From positions 74,400,001-74,464,000 of the forward strand of contig OX597824.1 in the NCBI GenBank assembly GCA_951406725.2: 64,000 bases of DNA. Direction: 5' to 3'. This DNA is from Octopus vulgaris. Its lineage: Eukaryota. The position numbers and the translations under genes are program-made. Below the pieces are notes generated by a model. That model did not search any database and was not told the DNA's origin. It saw nothing but the letters and a program-made list of their open reading frames with translations. Positions 11,225-24,269 of this stretch are shown here, in pieces; the stretch's first letter is position 1, and each line of letters starts with the position of its first letter.

Positions 11225-11760
11225 AGGGTGTTGTTGGTAGTGGTGGTGATGGTGGTGGTAGTACTGATGGTGGTGGTAGTACTGATGGTGGTGTGAATGG
11301 GTTTGTGGTACAAGCAACGTTATTGATAGAAGTAGAGGTGGATGATGGTGGTTTTGACAATGGCAATGGTAGTGTTTTCACTGGTAGCAGTTGTGGTGCT
11401 GGACATTGTTGAAAGGGACTAGTAGTATTGGCGTTGATGGTTGTAGGGGTAGTGGTCATTGCACTGGTGGTGAAGCTGCTGGTTGTCGCAGTGGTAGTCG
11501 TGGTGGTGGTGGTTGTGGTGGCGGTAGTGGTGGCGATGGTGGTGGTGGCAGTGGCAACTACGGAAATGATGGTGGTGGTGGTGGTGGTAGTAGTAGTAGT
11601 AGTGGTGGTGGTGGTGGTGGTGGTGGTAGTAGTAGTGGTGGTGGTGGTGGTGGTGGTGGTGGCAGCGGTGGCGGCAGTGGCAACTATGGCAATGATGGTG
11701 GTGGTGGTGGTGGTGGTGGTGGTGGTAGTAGTGGTGGTGGTGGTGGTGGTGGCAATTGAT
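11225..11760. repeat. Compound (GGT/AGT)n trinucleotide low-complexity tract
   Basis: Poly-Gly, poly-Val and poly-Thr frames; internal duplication of GGCAGTGGCAACTAYGGMAATGATGGT. Confidence 0.85.
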
Positions 11761-12332
11761 TCATAGGTGGTGTGAAAGTGACAAGGCTATAACAGTAATG
11801 GTAGAGCAACAAAAACAAGTCAAGAAAAACAACAAAAGTTTTATTGTTGATCTCAGTAGGATTTGAACTCAGAACCTAAATGGCCATAATTAAAATACTG
11901 CAAACCCTTTTATCCAACACTAACCAATCTATCACCCTAATAACACTAATTTCTCAATTATGCATTATCACATAGCTTCAAGATCTCGACGATGTGTTTG
12001 TTTTTATAGGACATTATATGGTAGGTGTGAGAGGCTGGATCTGGCTGGTTTTAACATAGAGCAGCTTGAATATTTGGGTTGGATATGGCCAGTTGTCTTC
12101 AACAGAAACCACTCTGTTTCAAGCATTCAGGCTAGGCCCCCAATAAAAAGAAGCTTTTTTTTCCCCTTTATTCAACCAGTCTTGCAGACTGTTATGAGAA
12201 TTACCTTTCTCTCTTGACTAAAAGATAAAAATAACCAGTGCCTTAATAATGGTTTCAAATTTTGACACAAGGTCAGCAGTTCCAGAGAAGGAGATAAGTT
12301 GTCTATATTAACCCCAGTACACAACTGATATT

Positions 12333-12562
12333 CAGGCGGTGAGCTGGCAGAAACGTTAGCACGCCGAGTGAAATGCTTTGTGGTATTTCGTCTGCCGCTG
12401 CGTTCTGAGTTCAAATTCCACTGAGGTCAACTTTGCCTTTCATCCTTTCGGGGGTGATAAATTAAGTACCAGTTACACACTGGGGTTGATGCAATTGACT
12501 TAATCCATTTGTCTGTCTTTGTCTCCTCCATGTTTAGCCCCTTGTGGGCAATAAAGAGATAA
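12333..12562 (+). mobile_element. SINE family B (tRNA-like head, GCCTTTCATCCTTTCGGGGTCGATAAATTAAGTACCAG-type core)
   Basis: GGCGGTGAGCTGGCAGAAACG..., B-box GAGTTCAAATTCC and the conserved core. Copies at about 18088, 18320, 19879, 22445, 28056, 38862, 40517, 54868 and 55123. Confidence 0.85.
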
Positions 12563-14723
12563 GTACTCAACCGATACTTATTTCATCAACTCTGAAAGGA
12601 TGAAAGGCAAAGTTGACCTTGGTGGAATTTGAACTCACTAAGTAAGGATGGATGAAATGCTGCTATGTATATATATATATATATATATATATAACAGGTG
12701 TCTTTCAGTTTCTGTCTACCAAATCCACTCACAAGGCATTAGGTTGGTATTAGGAAGGGCATCCAGCCATAGAAACCTTGCCAAATCAGATTGGAACCTG
12801 ATTCAGCATTTCCGGATTACCAGTCTTCACTCAAACCATCTATGTCCAAGGTACCACACAGTGGGACTGAACCTAGAACCATGTGGTTGGGAAGCAAGCT
12901 TCTTACCACAACGATTCTACAAGACTTCAATGGTTGATCTATACCATAAATCCTCGAGTATAGTCTGCCCTTGAGTATAATACGCAGGGAATTTTTAGGG
13001 CCTGTACCTCTGAAAAACGTAAACCTTGTGTATAATACGCATCCTCTCTATAGTAGAAGACACTTGCCCACAGTACCACGCAATGGGACTGAACCCGGAA
13101 CCATGTGGCTGGTAAGCAAGCTGCTTACCACACAGCCACACCTTTATAGAAAGTTCTTTGAAAATTAATTTTGTTTTTCACACATTAAATTGTGTTGGTT
13201 GAACTACGTAAATTGTAAGAGAAACAAACCTAGTTGTTTCTTGCAATACATACCAATAGATACATTAGAAACAAAATTTTTTCAGGGCCCCTTAAAATAC
13301 TATTGTAGATACCCAATTTACCATTTTGCAGTGTGAACCCCCCAAAAATCTTCTGTGGACTCTCAGGGGCCACACAGACTCTGGCTGAGAATGACTGACC
13401 TAACCCATGCAAGTGTAGAAAAGTGGATGTTGTATGATGATGATGGCGGAATGAAATGGCAAGCTCGTCATCCAAGCAATTTGCTGACGCTTAGGAAGTG
13501 ATGTAAGCGAATATAACAAACGAGGTGAAGGACAATGACATGGCTGTAATTATCTAGGGTATGTCTGCACAGACTGATTAGAAGATCAAGGCTAACTATC
13601 TACCCCGTATATAATTATAACAAGGACTGTGACGAAAATATTCTGTACTCTGACTGACAAACAGACAGACATCCCAATAATCTCTGCCAAACTAAACAAA
13701 AACATCATAGAAAAGAAAGAAAGGACAATGAACTGGGAAACTGAAATACGCAGGATGTGGATCATGACAAATAACACCACCACCACCACCAACACCACCA
13801 ACACCTCCACCACCACCACCACCATCTTCAGCATAAAAAAAAAATTTTTCAACAACCCAGGACGTGATGGCTCCAGCCCCCCCCCTTCCCGGGTCAAGTT
13901 TTCAGGAGCCGCCAACCCAACTTTGCCTGTTCCTCCACCATCTGCACATCCTAAGGAAGAGACGGCTGAGGATGGCGGAGAGGCAGGTGGTGATTGCGGA
14001 GCAGCACTGACCAACTATCCAGCCGGTAGTTGCTAAACAACAACAACAAGAACAGCAGCAGCATCATTGTCATCATTAATTATCAGGCAGGCAGAGTTTA
14101 TTGAGGTAGATTGCCTTACAGAGGCAATGACTGAGACCTTTGGAGATATGATGTGCTTGTGAAGACCCATCAAGACAAGTGAGATTGTAGTCATGGCCAA
14201 TGACAGTATCATGTAGCTGGCCCATTGAAGCACCCTTCAATTGTTGGATGATATGCTATGCTTGTGAAGATGTGTCAAACCGAGTGAAATCATAGTCGTG
14301 GGCAATGCCAGTGCTGTCTGACCAGGACCTGTGCTGATAGCACGTAAAAAGCACTTCAAGCGTTAGGCCTCATTGAGACAGTGACAGGTGACCAAGACCT
14401 TTGGCGATATATCGAACTGGTGTAGACCTAAGTGAGACCATAGTCCTGGCTGATACTGGTGTCAGGTTATTGGCACCTGCACCAGTGGCATGTAAAAAAA
14501 CACCCACTACACTCTTGGAGTGGTTGGCATTAGGAAGGGCATCCAGCCATAGAAACCTTGCCAAATCAGATTGGAACCTGATTCAGCACTCCCGGGTTAC
14601 CAGACTTCACTCAAACCATCCATGTCCGAGGTACCACACAGTGGAACTGAACCCAGAACCATGTGGTTGGGAAGCAAGCTTCTTACCACAATGATTCTAG
14701 AAGACTTCAATGGTTGATCTATA

Positions 14724-15225
14724 CCATAAATCCTTGAGTATAGTCCGCCCTTGAGTATAATACGCAGGGGATTTTTAGGGCCTGTACCTCTGAAAAGCCT
14801 AAACCTTGTGTATAATACGCACCCATTCTCTAACTTGAGTCAAGGAGGTCTATATAACGTCCTTGGTTCATAAAACTGTAAACAGTAATGTCCTTTATTA
14901 TTATTGTATATATAACATAATGCGAACGTGTAGCTTTTTGTGCATTTTGTTTGCAGAAAATAACAGTAATAACGTTTAATAAATGTTGCTTATTGCAAGT
15001 TATGGATGATTCTTTTATGACTTCATTGCTTTCAGGCTTAGCTTAAGGTATTTTCATGCTCGACATCACAAAATGCTTCTGAATAAACATTGCTGGACAG
15101 CAAATAGAGACTTGGACATTGCTTAGAAAATAATTTTCATTTTTAACCTTGTATATAGTACGCACTAGGGATTTTGACCTATAAATTTTGGGGAAAAAAT
15201 GCAGATTATACTCGAGGATTTACGG
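14724..15225. mobile_element. Tc1/mariner-type MITE with TA TSD
   Basis: ta|CCATAAATCCTTGAGTATAGTCCGC ... GCAGATTATACTCGAGGATTTACGG|ta; subterminal TATAATACGC repeats. Confidence 0.8.
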
Positions 15226-16241
15226 TATCTTACTATCTCAACTTAATGACCCTAACAACTAGACAACCTCAAAAAAATTACTAACAATCACTATAAATAG
15301 ATGTCTGTTCTATGATTCTGCTTTAATAAGATACACAGGAATTCCCTGGTGAATACCATTTAAACAGTGATATTGCTTGCAGTGTTTCCCAAATTAGGTC
15401 AACTTGAATATTTCTTCCCTACCCCTAAATCCTACCCAGCCTGCCACACCCTAATGATATCTCAGACCTGTTTCAAGAGTTAAGCATTCCTTCCAAACCT
15501 AGCTATGGATTTCACAGTATTAGGAGTATATGAATGGAAGAATAGCTGAAGGAATAGATGAGAGAATTGGAACAAGAATAATTGTATGGCTTCCACTGAA
15601 CTGTGATTCTGATACCTTGTCGTAAATGCATATTACATTTTGATTAGTATATATGTGTGTCTTAAAAGGTTTTTAAGTCTAATACTTAGCACTAAGGGAA
15701 TGAACACAAACACACAGGTATATATGTATATTTTAAGTATATAATTATAAAATATAATTATAATTAAGGGCTCTGGAGTACCAGTGCTTATACGCTTAAG
15801 AGCATGAAATCTTAAGATATAGGATCATCTGAAATTTTGTAAATCTTCTTGCCTATTTCCTCACATCCGACCTAGGGTTATAAAAAGAGAACTAATTTAG
15901 TGTGTGTTTGTGGATCTATGTGTATTATGAATGTAAGATATATATATATATATAAATGTACTCTTTTACTTGTTTCAGTCATTTGACTGTGGCCATGCTG
16001 GAGCACCGCCTTTAGTCGACCAAATCGACCCCAGGACATATTCTTTGAAAGCCTGGTACTTATTCTATTGGTCTCTTTTGCCGAACCACTAAGTTACAGG
16101 GACATAAACACACCAGCATCGGTTGTCAAGTATAGTATACACCTGGTAGCTTACTGCTAAAGCATGTTCACTGTCACAGTGTTCATTAGGTGTGTGATTA
16201 ATGAGAGAGAAAGAAGATGGAAGATATAAGAATGTCTGTTG

Positions 16242-16339
16242 ATCACTACAGTTGTTTCGACCTATCTAGCATTGATCCCTCACAGGTAGGATACTGGTTT
16301 AGGAGTATCCGTCAGTGTAGATGTGTCTCTTCAGGTGAT
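16242..16339 (-). ncRNA. Type I hammerhead ribozyme with intact core and extended stem II
   Basis: Minus strand ATCAC CTGAAGA GAC [approx. 63 nt including ATCTA/TAGAT and GGATACT/AGTATCC helices] GTC GAAA C AACT GTA GTGAT. Confidence 0.7.
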
Positions 16340-16569
16340 TACAAGATGTATCTCATTAAGAAAACATCTGTTCTGCAAGTTTTCATCTGAGCATGTGTAT
16401 ACAAAAGCAGCAAATTAAGGGACACAGCTTCATTATCATAGAAGATCAATAAAAATTAGTTTCCAAAAGGGATAAATATACAATACAGCAAAAAAAAGTA
16501 TTAAGTATAGCTGTTAGCAGATATGGATATTTAAACGCCCTCACATAGATTGTATGGTGAAGTACTCCT

Positions 16570-17290
16570 GCTTATACAAACTCACATTGCTAAAATTGCC
16601 AAGAAGGCTGAGGGTGTCTTGGCATCACTTACCAAGTCCTTTGTGAGCCGCTCTCTGGCTAACTATCTGAGGCTTTATATAGCTATGGTGCGACCTCACC
16701 TGGAATTTGCATCACTGGTCTGGAATCCCTATCTTGCCCAGGATATTAATCATCTGGAAACGGTTCAGCGATATGCAACCGAGAGATTACCCTCCATCAG
16801 GCATTTGCCATATTCTGAACGCCTTACTTCCCTGGGCATGGAGACATTGAAACTCCAACGTCTGGCAGCTGACTTGGCAGACACCCATAAAAGTATTAAC
16901 CATCTTACTAACAATAACTCTGAGCACCTTTTCAAACTCCACCTGTCTAACACCCGTGGACATGTTTACAAAGTCAGAAAACAGCACAGCTCCCATGATT
17001 TTCGGAAACATTTTTTTCATGCTAAGAGTTGCTGAAGCATGGAACAAACTGCCAGCATCAGTTGTTAGTTGTCGGAGCACTGCATCCTTCAAGACTTCCA
17101 TGCTTCCTGAGATTCGCCAACACTACACCTGATTTTCTCACCTCCATACACATGCAAGCATGTATCTGACTCATACACTGTTCACTTTCCAGACATTTGT
17201 ACATTACTGCATATGCTTTATATGCACTTTTGACAAGTTGTGGTGCACCTGAGCACTGTATACAATAATTTCATTATTATTATTATTATT
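16570..17290 (+). mobile_element. 5'-truncated CR1-type LINE (RT C-terminus, 3' UTR, (ATT)n tail)
   Basis: LYIAMVRPHLEFASLVWNPYLAQDINHLETVQR..YSERLTSLGM..NTRGH..FRKHFF; frameshift near 17020. Confidence 0.9.
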
Positions 17291-18619
17291 ACATAAAGAT
17301 ATAAGCATACACACATGTGGTTTGGCACACATACGCTGATAAAGCAAATTAAATAGATACTTTGTGTTTTTAAGAATGGGGAGGTTACAGTTAATTCATC
17401 CATACCATAAGGTAAATCATGGCTGTTAATTTGGTTAAAAATTACTCAAAATCATTTTCACTGCTTTGTGCAAAAATGCATTTATAAGTATGTAAGCATA
17501 CATAATAAATACTGAATTTTATTGAAATTTCTGTTGCTAATAGAGAAAGAAAACACACCTAGTTAATTGTTAGCAACTCCAAATGAGGGAGGGGAGGTAA
17601 TTTCAGGATACTAAAAATTAATTCATAGTTGAATTAATTAATATACTTGGCAAAAATGGTGAATTTGATGGTCGTTTCAGAAATGTTGGATAACTATGGA
17701 CACATTTTGGCTATAATTTTACCACAGCAGCGTAGACTATTCCTCCTAGTTGTCCACAAAATGGGGACAAATTAACATGCAGAAAGTACTTAGTATATTT
17801 TGGCCAAGAATATTTAGCATAATAAAAAGATGAAATACATATTATATATATATAATCAAGGTGTTGTTGAAAGACATTTAGCTGGTAATTTTTATATGTA
17901 TTTTTTTTTCCTTTGAAAAACAATGTTATTTCTAACAGATTTAACAATGATGTGGTGGTTCTCATTATTGCCTGAATTCAGATGAAAAGAGAGAGACAGA
18001 GAGAAGGGAAATAACTGGAGTATGAAAATGATTAAAAAAAACAACTAATTAAGCACATTGTTGCTTTATATTATTTATCATATATTAAGGCAGTGAGTTG
18101 GCAGAATCGTTAGCACACTGGATGAAATGCTTAGCGATATTTCACCCATCGCTATATTCTGAGTTCAAATTCCACCAAGGTTGACTTTGCCTTTCATCCT
18201 TTTGAGTTCAATAAATTAAGTACCAGTTGAGTAATGGGGTCAATGTAATCAACTTAACCCCTCTCCCCAAATTTCAGGTCTTGTGCCTATAATAGAAAGG
18301 ATTATTTATTACATATTAAGACAGCAAGCTGGCAGAATTGTTAGCATGCTGGAGGAAATGCTTAGCGGTATTTTGCCCGTCACTACGTTCTGAGTTCAAA
18401 TTCGGCCAAAGTCCATTTTGCCTTTCAACCTTTTGGGGTTGATGAAATAAATACCAGTTGAACACTGGGGGTGATGTAATCAACTCATCTCCACCTCCCC
18501 CTAGCAGCCCTTGTGGAAAAAATTTGAAATAATTATTTATTATAAATTATTTAATATTATTTTTTAATTCGGCAAAATAAAGCTTGTAAAAATTCGAAAT
18601 TTTGGATAACGTCTATATA

Positions 18620-19440
18620 TTCTCAAAGTGTGACCTCATCAACAAGACCACCCCCTACATAACAAGGTGGTGCTTAGAAGTGGTTTTAATGAGAAGTTAA
18701 TTTACATAGACAATAGCCTACTGATTCCATGCCTGAGAAAAAAGAGGGACATAATCCAAATTAATCCACTCCATGACATGATCATAGCTATGAATTTCTG
18801 AATCCTAAGTAGGCAACACTTCTTCAGACTTTTCAATGCACTTAATGTAAAAGTGAGCTATTCTTGCTTAGAGAATATCAATCCCCCAGATAATGTGCTA
18901 CAATCATAAACATGTACTTATACTGATGCTACCACAACAATTAACTTGCAAGTGTGAAATCTATATGCCTACCCACTCAGGGCACTCTGTCTTTTCAAAG
19001 AAGTCATAGCAAAAATTCATAACACCCCTGGAATGTGTCATAAAAAACTGCATGGGACTTACTGTGAATACTTTCAAATATCACTCTCATCAACACTCAA
19101 CTCTTTTAAGTCAAGGAAAAGGGAAAATTCCACTCCCCTGTCCCAGCTGATTTGAGAACTTAAGGACCAGGGACTTGAACATCTTCAATAACATGGAATA
19201 TTGTCAGTAAAGCAGCTTCATATTTTCATGCTTCATGAAGTTGTAAATTTTGCCTAAAGGAGAATCTCAAGATTTTTAAGCAACCCTTGATAGCTCTCAA
19301 TATGAGAGTTTGTTCGTTTAAGTATTAAGTCTAAGTATTATTAACTGGTGTCATTATAAAACTATTTAAGTAATAAGTTTAAGTAATAAGTCTAAGTATT
19401 ATTTAACGGCTGTCATTGTAAAACTTCTTCCTAGAAAATT
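18620..19440 (+). mobile_element. Highly decayed Penelope-like element (linker and GIY-YIG region)
   Basis: Frameshifted RKKRDII.INP, LFNALNVKVSYSCLENI, CMGLTVNTFK, NSTPLSQLI*ELKDQG, ITWNIVSKA and SCKFCLKE match the typical PLE C-terminal layout. Confidence 0.75.
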
Positions 19441-19878
19441 TCCAGCTTATGCAAAATAAACTAGTCAAAATCAGATGATATGAGCAACACTGAGTAATTT
19501 CCCTTGTTTTAATGGCCATATGCAAGGACTGGCTACTCCACCTTAGATTACAGTAGTTTTTCAATCTATTTTTTTTTTCCATCTTATCTGCAACAGCTAC
19601 CATCACATGACTGGTTTTGGCCAACAATAATCAAGTTCAGTAGGTATACCTACACCAGAAACCTAGCCTCTATTCAGGAAATTGTCAGAGTGATCTCATA
19701 TAATTTTGAGTTTGTGAAACTACAAGCTGATACACAACTGTTAACATATATACATCATCATCATCTGGTTGAGCTTACTTGGACACAGACACACACACAC
19801 ACACACACATGAATGTATGTATGTAAGCATTACATATGTATATGTGCATATAAGACCATATATTATTCATAGGCTATA

Positions 19879-20110
19879 GGGCAGCGAGCTGGCAAAAACG
19901 TTAGCGCACCAGGGCAAAATGCTTAGCAGTATTTCGTCTGCCGTTACGTTCTGAGTTCAAATTCCGCCGAGGTCGACTTTGCCTTTCATCCTTTCGGGGT
20001 CGATAAATAAAGTACCAGTTTCCCACTGGGGTCGATGTAATCGACTTAATCCCTTTGTCTGTCCTTGTTTGTCCCGTCTATGTTTTAGCCCCTTGTGGAC
20101 AATAAAGAAA
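19879..20110 (+). mobile_element. SINE family B, young full-length copy
   Basis: CpG-retaining copy; ATATATTATTCATAG occurs on both flanks. Confidence 0.85.
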
Positions 20111-20772
20111 AATATATATATTATTCATAGAGTATATAGTATTAAATGTACAATGTAGTTTTCTATGAATAATATATAGTCTATTGACTAATTTTTCCTT
20201 CTTGCTAGACCACTGGTAGCAAAGAATTTTTCTAAAATTTTTTTTGCTACCCTAAGATTTATTAATTATATGTGTATATATATATAATATATATTCCAAA
20301 TAAAAACTCTGCACAATATAATGTTCTTTTCTTTGATTTGCACACCCAAATATGAAATGTGTGTTTGTATATGTGTGTGTGTATTCATACATATAGGTGC
20401 ATATTTGTACATACATACATCTCATATATATAAAAGTGTGTGTTATATTAACGTTAACTTTTTTGTGAAATTGTTCATAAAAACAATTTAACATTAAACA
20501 CGCACACACACACTCATGTCTATGAAGCTGAGTCAAAATGTTATATACATATATAGACACACACATACACACAAACATATATGTATATCTGTTTGAATGT
20601 ATGTAGAAGTGTTTTGTGTGTGTGTGTGTGTGTGAATGTATGTATATATTATATGTGTCTGATAAAAGAATGGAAAGATAGTGATAGAAAGAAATGTAAA
20701 CTAATAGAGTGGCAGGGAAAAAGTGTCTGAGAAGGTGAGAGGGTAGAAGAGGGTGGAGAGAGAGACAGAGAA

Positions 20773-20824
<52 letters not shown>

Positions 20825-21620
20825 TGAGAGAGGAAAGAGAATTTGTAATGGGGGACTTTGAATAGTAGTTTATACATGCCATTAGACCTGTAGCAATTAA
20901 CCCAAAATATCATCATAATTACTGGATGGCACCAGTGGTAGTGATGGCAGTGGGTGTAGTTTGTAGATGGTGATGGTGGGGGTCGTGGGGTTTGGGTGGG
21001 GTGTTGTGGGTCATCATTGCTGTTGTTGATGCCATGGCAGTGATGATAGTGGTGTTAGTGGTAGAGACAAGGGCAGTAGTGGTGTGTTGGTGGTGGTGGT
21101 GGTGGTGGTGGTGCTGATGATGGTAGTAGTGTATTGAAGGTAGTTGTGTTGGTGGTAGTTTGTTAATAATGATATTACCCGTACAGGTTACATGGTGTGC
21201 CACATGTCTGATGTTAAAGTGATTGCAAAGCAACATGAAATGAAGTGATCTGCTCATGAACACAACAAACTGCCCAGTCTGGGGATTGAAACCGCAATCT
21301 TGCAATCATGAGCAGTGCATCACCTTAACCACTAGGCCATTATTTATCTCTCACTTGATGAAGTACTTCTTTTGTTATACGAAAGAGAGCATGGACTGGA
21401 GGATGGGGTTAGTATCAGTTTCGAATTTTAGCACAAGGCCATAAATTTCAGGTGAGGGCTAGGTCAATTACTCAACTGGTACTTATTTTATCGACCCCAA
21501 ATTTAACGATATATATATATATATATATATACACATTGACATCAAGTTGATATACTTCCTGTACATGTCCTCACATTCATTGTTTTTCCTTTTTCCGTTT
21601 TCTATCCATTTATTTGAATT

Positions 21621-21734
<114 letters not shown>

Positions 21735-21744
21735 GTGTGTGTGT

Positions 21745-22045
21745 GGAGGCACATGGCCTAATGGATAGAGCAGCGGACTTGCAGTCGAGGGATCACAGGT
21801 TCGAATCTCAGACCGGGCGATATGTGTATTTATGAGCAAAACACCTAAGCTCTAAGCGGCTCCGGTAGAAAGTAATGGCGTACTTCTGCTGACTCTTTTG
21901 CCACAACATTCTCTCACTCTTTCCTCCTGCATCTTGCAGCTCACCTGCAATGAACTGGAGTCCCATTCAGGTGGGGAACCTATACGCCAAGGAAACCAGG
22001 AAACCGGCCCTTATGAGCCAGGCATGGCTCGAGAAGGAACAAACA
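21745..22045 (+). mobile_element. SINE family D, full length
   Basis: GGAGGCACATGGCCTAATGG...GGTTCGAATCTC tRNA-like head and GAAGGAACAAACA end; relatives at about 30665, 34778 and 39936. Confidence 0.8.
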
Positions 22046-22124
22046 ATATATATATATAATAATAATAATATATATATACATATGTATACATACATACTTA
22101 CATGTATACGTATATATATATATG

Positions 22125-22410
22125 CATATGTGGGCACAGGACATCAAAAAACGTAAACAACAAAAAATACGAAGTATGAAGACATGGAATATGAACTTTT
22201 TTGTGAACAGCGAAAGAAACAAATGGAAAACAAGGCAAATAACACAAAGAACAACCCTTCATCAGTTGGTGGCTGTTTTTCTAATCTGTATTTCGAGCAA
22301 TTCCAGACAAGATACTCCTTCGATAAAACAGTTGCTCCCACAAAGCAAATTAAATAAAATTCGGGATTTTGCAGAGGGTCAAAATTGGTGACAAAAACAG
22401 AACAGTGAAA
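22125..22410 (-). mobile_element. (TA)n-inserted non-coding repeat with a degenerate hammerhead-like segment; homologous to 26650-26795
   Basis: Shares CTGCAAAATCC..ATTTTATTTAATTTGCTTTG..GAGCAACTGTTT..GCTCGAAATAC..CAACTGAWGAAG with 26678-26792; its end also matches 10600-10655. Confidence 0.55.
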
Positions 22411-22669
22411 ACAAACAAGAAGAAGAACAGCAACAACACTAATTGTAATTCTTTCTATAATAGGCACAAGGGCTGAAATTTTGGAGGATGAGACTAGTCA
22501 ATTACATTAACCCCTGTGTGTTTGACTGGTACTTACTTTACTGACCACCAAAGGATGAAATGCAAAGTTGATCATAGCAGAATTTGAACTCAGAACATAA
22601 AGAGCCAGAAGAAATGCAACTAGGCATTTCCTCCAGTGTGCTAACAATCATGTCAGTTTATTACTTTAA

Positions 22670-22883
22670 CCCTTTAGTTACCAGCCCGGCTGAAACCAGC
22701 TCTGGCTCTGAGTACAAATATCTTGTTTCCTAAGTTTTGAATTAAAATCTTTCACCAAACCTTTCACAATTTATGTTTCTAACACTAGCTTAATGATAAC
22801 TAAGTTATTTTAAATTCTTTGTTATATATAAAGTAACTGAAAGAAACACAGAGCATCTCAAAATAAATACGGTAACGATAGGG
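22670..22883. mobile_element. piggyBac-type MITE with TTAA TSD
   Basis: ttaa|CCCTTTAGTTACC...GGTAACGATAGGG|ttaa; second copy at 46258-46479. Confidence 0.85.
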
Positions 22884-23048
22884 TTAAGAACAATAATAAT
22901 TCTTTCTATTTTTGGTACAAGGCCAGCAGTTTTTGAAAGAAATGGGAGTTAATTACATCCACCTCAGTGCTCGAAATGGTACTTACTTTATCAACCCTGA
23001 AAGGATGAAAGGCAAAGTCAAATTCAGAACATTAAAGATTCAGAAGGA

Positions 23049-23830
23049 GAAATACCTATTTCTTTACTACCCACAAGGGGCTAAACACAGAGGGGACAAA
23101 TAAGGACAGACAAACGGATTAAGTCGATTACATCGACCCCAGTGCATAAGTGGTACTTATTTAATCGACCCCGAAAGGATGAAAGGCAAAGTCAACCTTG
23201 GCGGAATTTGAACTCAGAACGTAACGGCAGACGAAATACCTATTTCTTTACTACCCACAATGGGCTAAACACAGAGAGGACAAACAAGGACAGACAAATG
23301 GATTAAGTCGATTATATCGACCCAGTGTGTAACTGGTACTTATTTAATCGACCCCGAAAGGATGAAAGGCAAAGTCGACCTCGGAATTTGAACTCAGAAT
23401 GTAACGGCAGACGAAATATCTTTCTTTACTACCCACAAGGGGCTAAACACATAGAGGACAAACAAGGACAGACAAATGGATTAAGTCGATTATATCGACC
23501 CCAGTGTGTAACTGGTACTTATTTAATCGACCCCGAAAGGATGAAAGGCAAAGTCGACCTCGGCGGAATTTGAACTCAGAATGTAACGACAGACGAAATA
23601 CTTATTTCTTTACTACCCACAAGGGGCCAAACATAGATATGGACAAACAAGGACAGACATACAGATTAAGTCGATTATATCGACCCCAGTGTGTAACTGG
23701 TACTTATTTAATCGTCCCCGAAAGGATGAAAGGCAAAGTCGACCTCGGTGGAATTTGAACTCAGAACGTAGCAGCAGAGGAAATACCGCTGAGCATTTCA
23801 CCCGGCATGCTAACGATTTCTGCCGAAGAA
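23049..23830 (-). repeat. Head-to-tail array of 4 SINE B units (approx. 182 bp)
   Basis: Units start at about 23049, 23233, 23413 and 23595; only the unit nearest 23830 carries the upstream part of the head. Confidence 0.9.
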
Positions 23831-24269
23831 GAAATACCACTAAGCATTTTGTCCCACTCACAGACTTAGACAACAACAACAACAACAACAATAATACCAA
23901 CAACAACTAACTGGATTTTTTTTTTTTACTGATGTCTAAAAGAGAGCACTTTGGTTGAGAAGCTGAAGTGAGGTCCAACTAGGTCAACATTAAGGAACCT
24001 TCAGTTTTGCTAAAGACGCTTTCCCCCCTTCTATACCCCAGTCTCCCTCCTGTACCACATGTGTTCTTTAAGGAGCTAAATCCCCCACCACCACTGCCAC
24101 CACCATCACCATCACAATATTGGTTTCCAGCAGAAGCTAAAAATAAACTCCTAGACACTAACAGAGATTACATATCTCTTCTGTTAAGGCCATTCTCTTT
24201 GTTTTCCTGACAGAGACCCTTTCAGACCCCTTTCTTGCTTATACAACCCCCACCCCTCTCGGATCACTT

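Noticed and set aside
11223-11790. Gly-rich or Thr-rich mucin-like ORFs
   Set aside because: Trinucleotide repeats keep several frames open on both strands, and similar tracts occur at 20.9 and 42.5 kb. A coding role cannot be fully excluded.
17890-17971. Minus-strand acceptor giving GNNENHHIIVKSVRNNIVFQRKKKYI*
   Set aside because: AT-rich with no recognisable homology; any acceptor followed by a short ORF looks like this.
21745-21820. tRNA gene (also other SINE heads)
   Set aside because: A and B boxes are present, but there is no proper cloverleaf or terminator and the sequence continues into SINE bodies.
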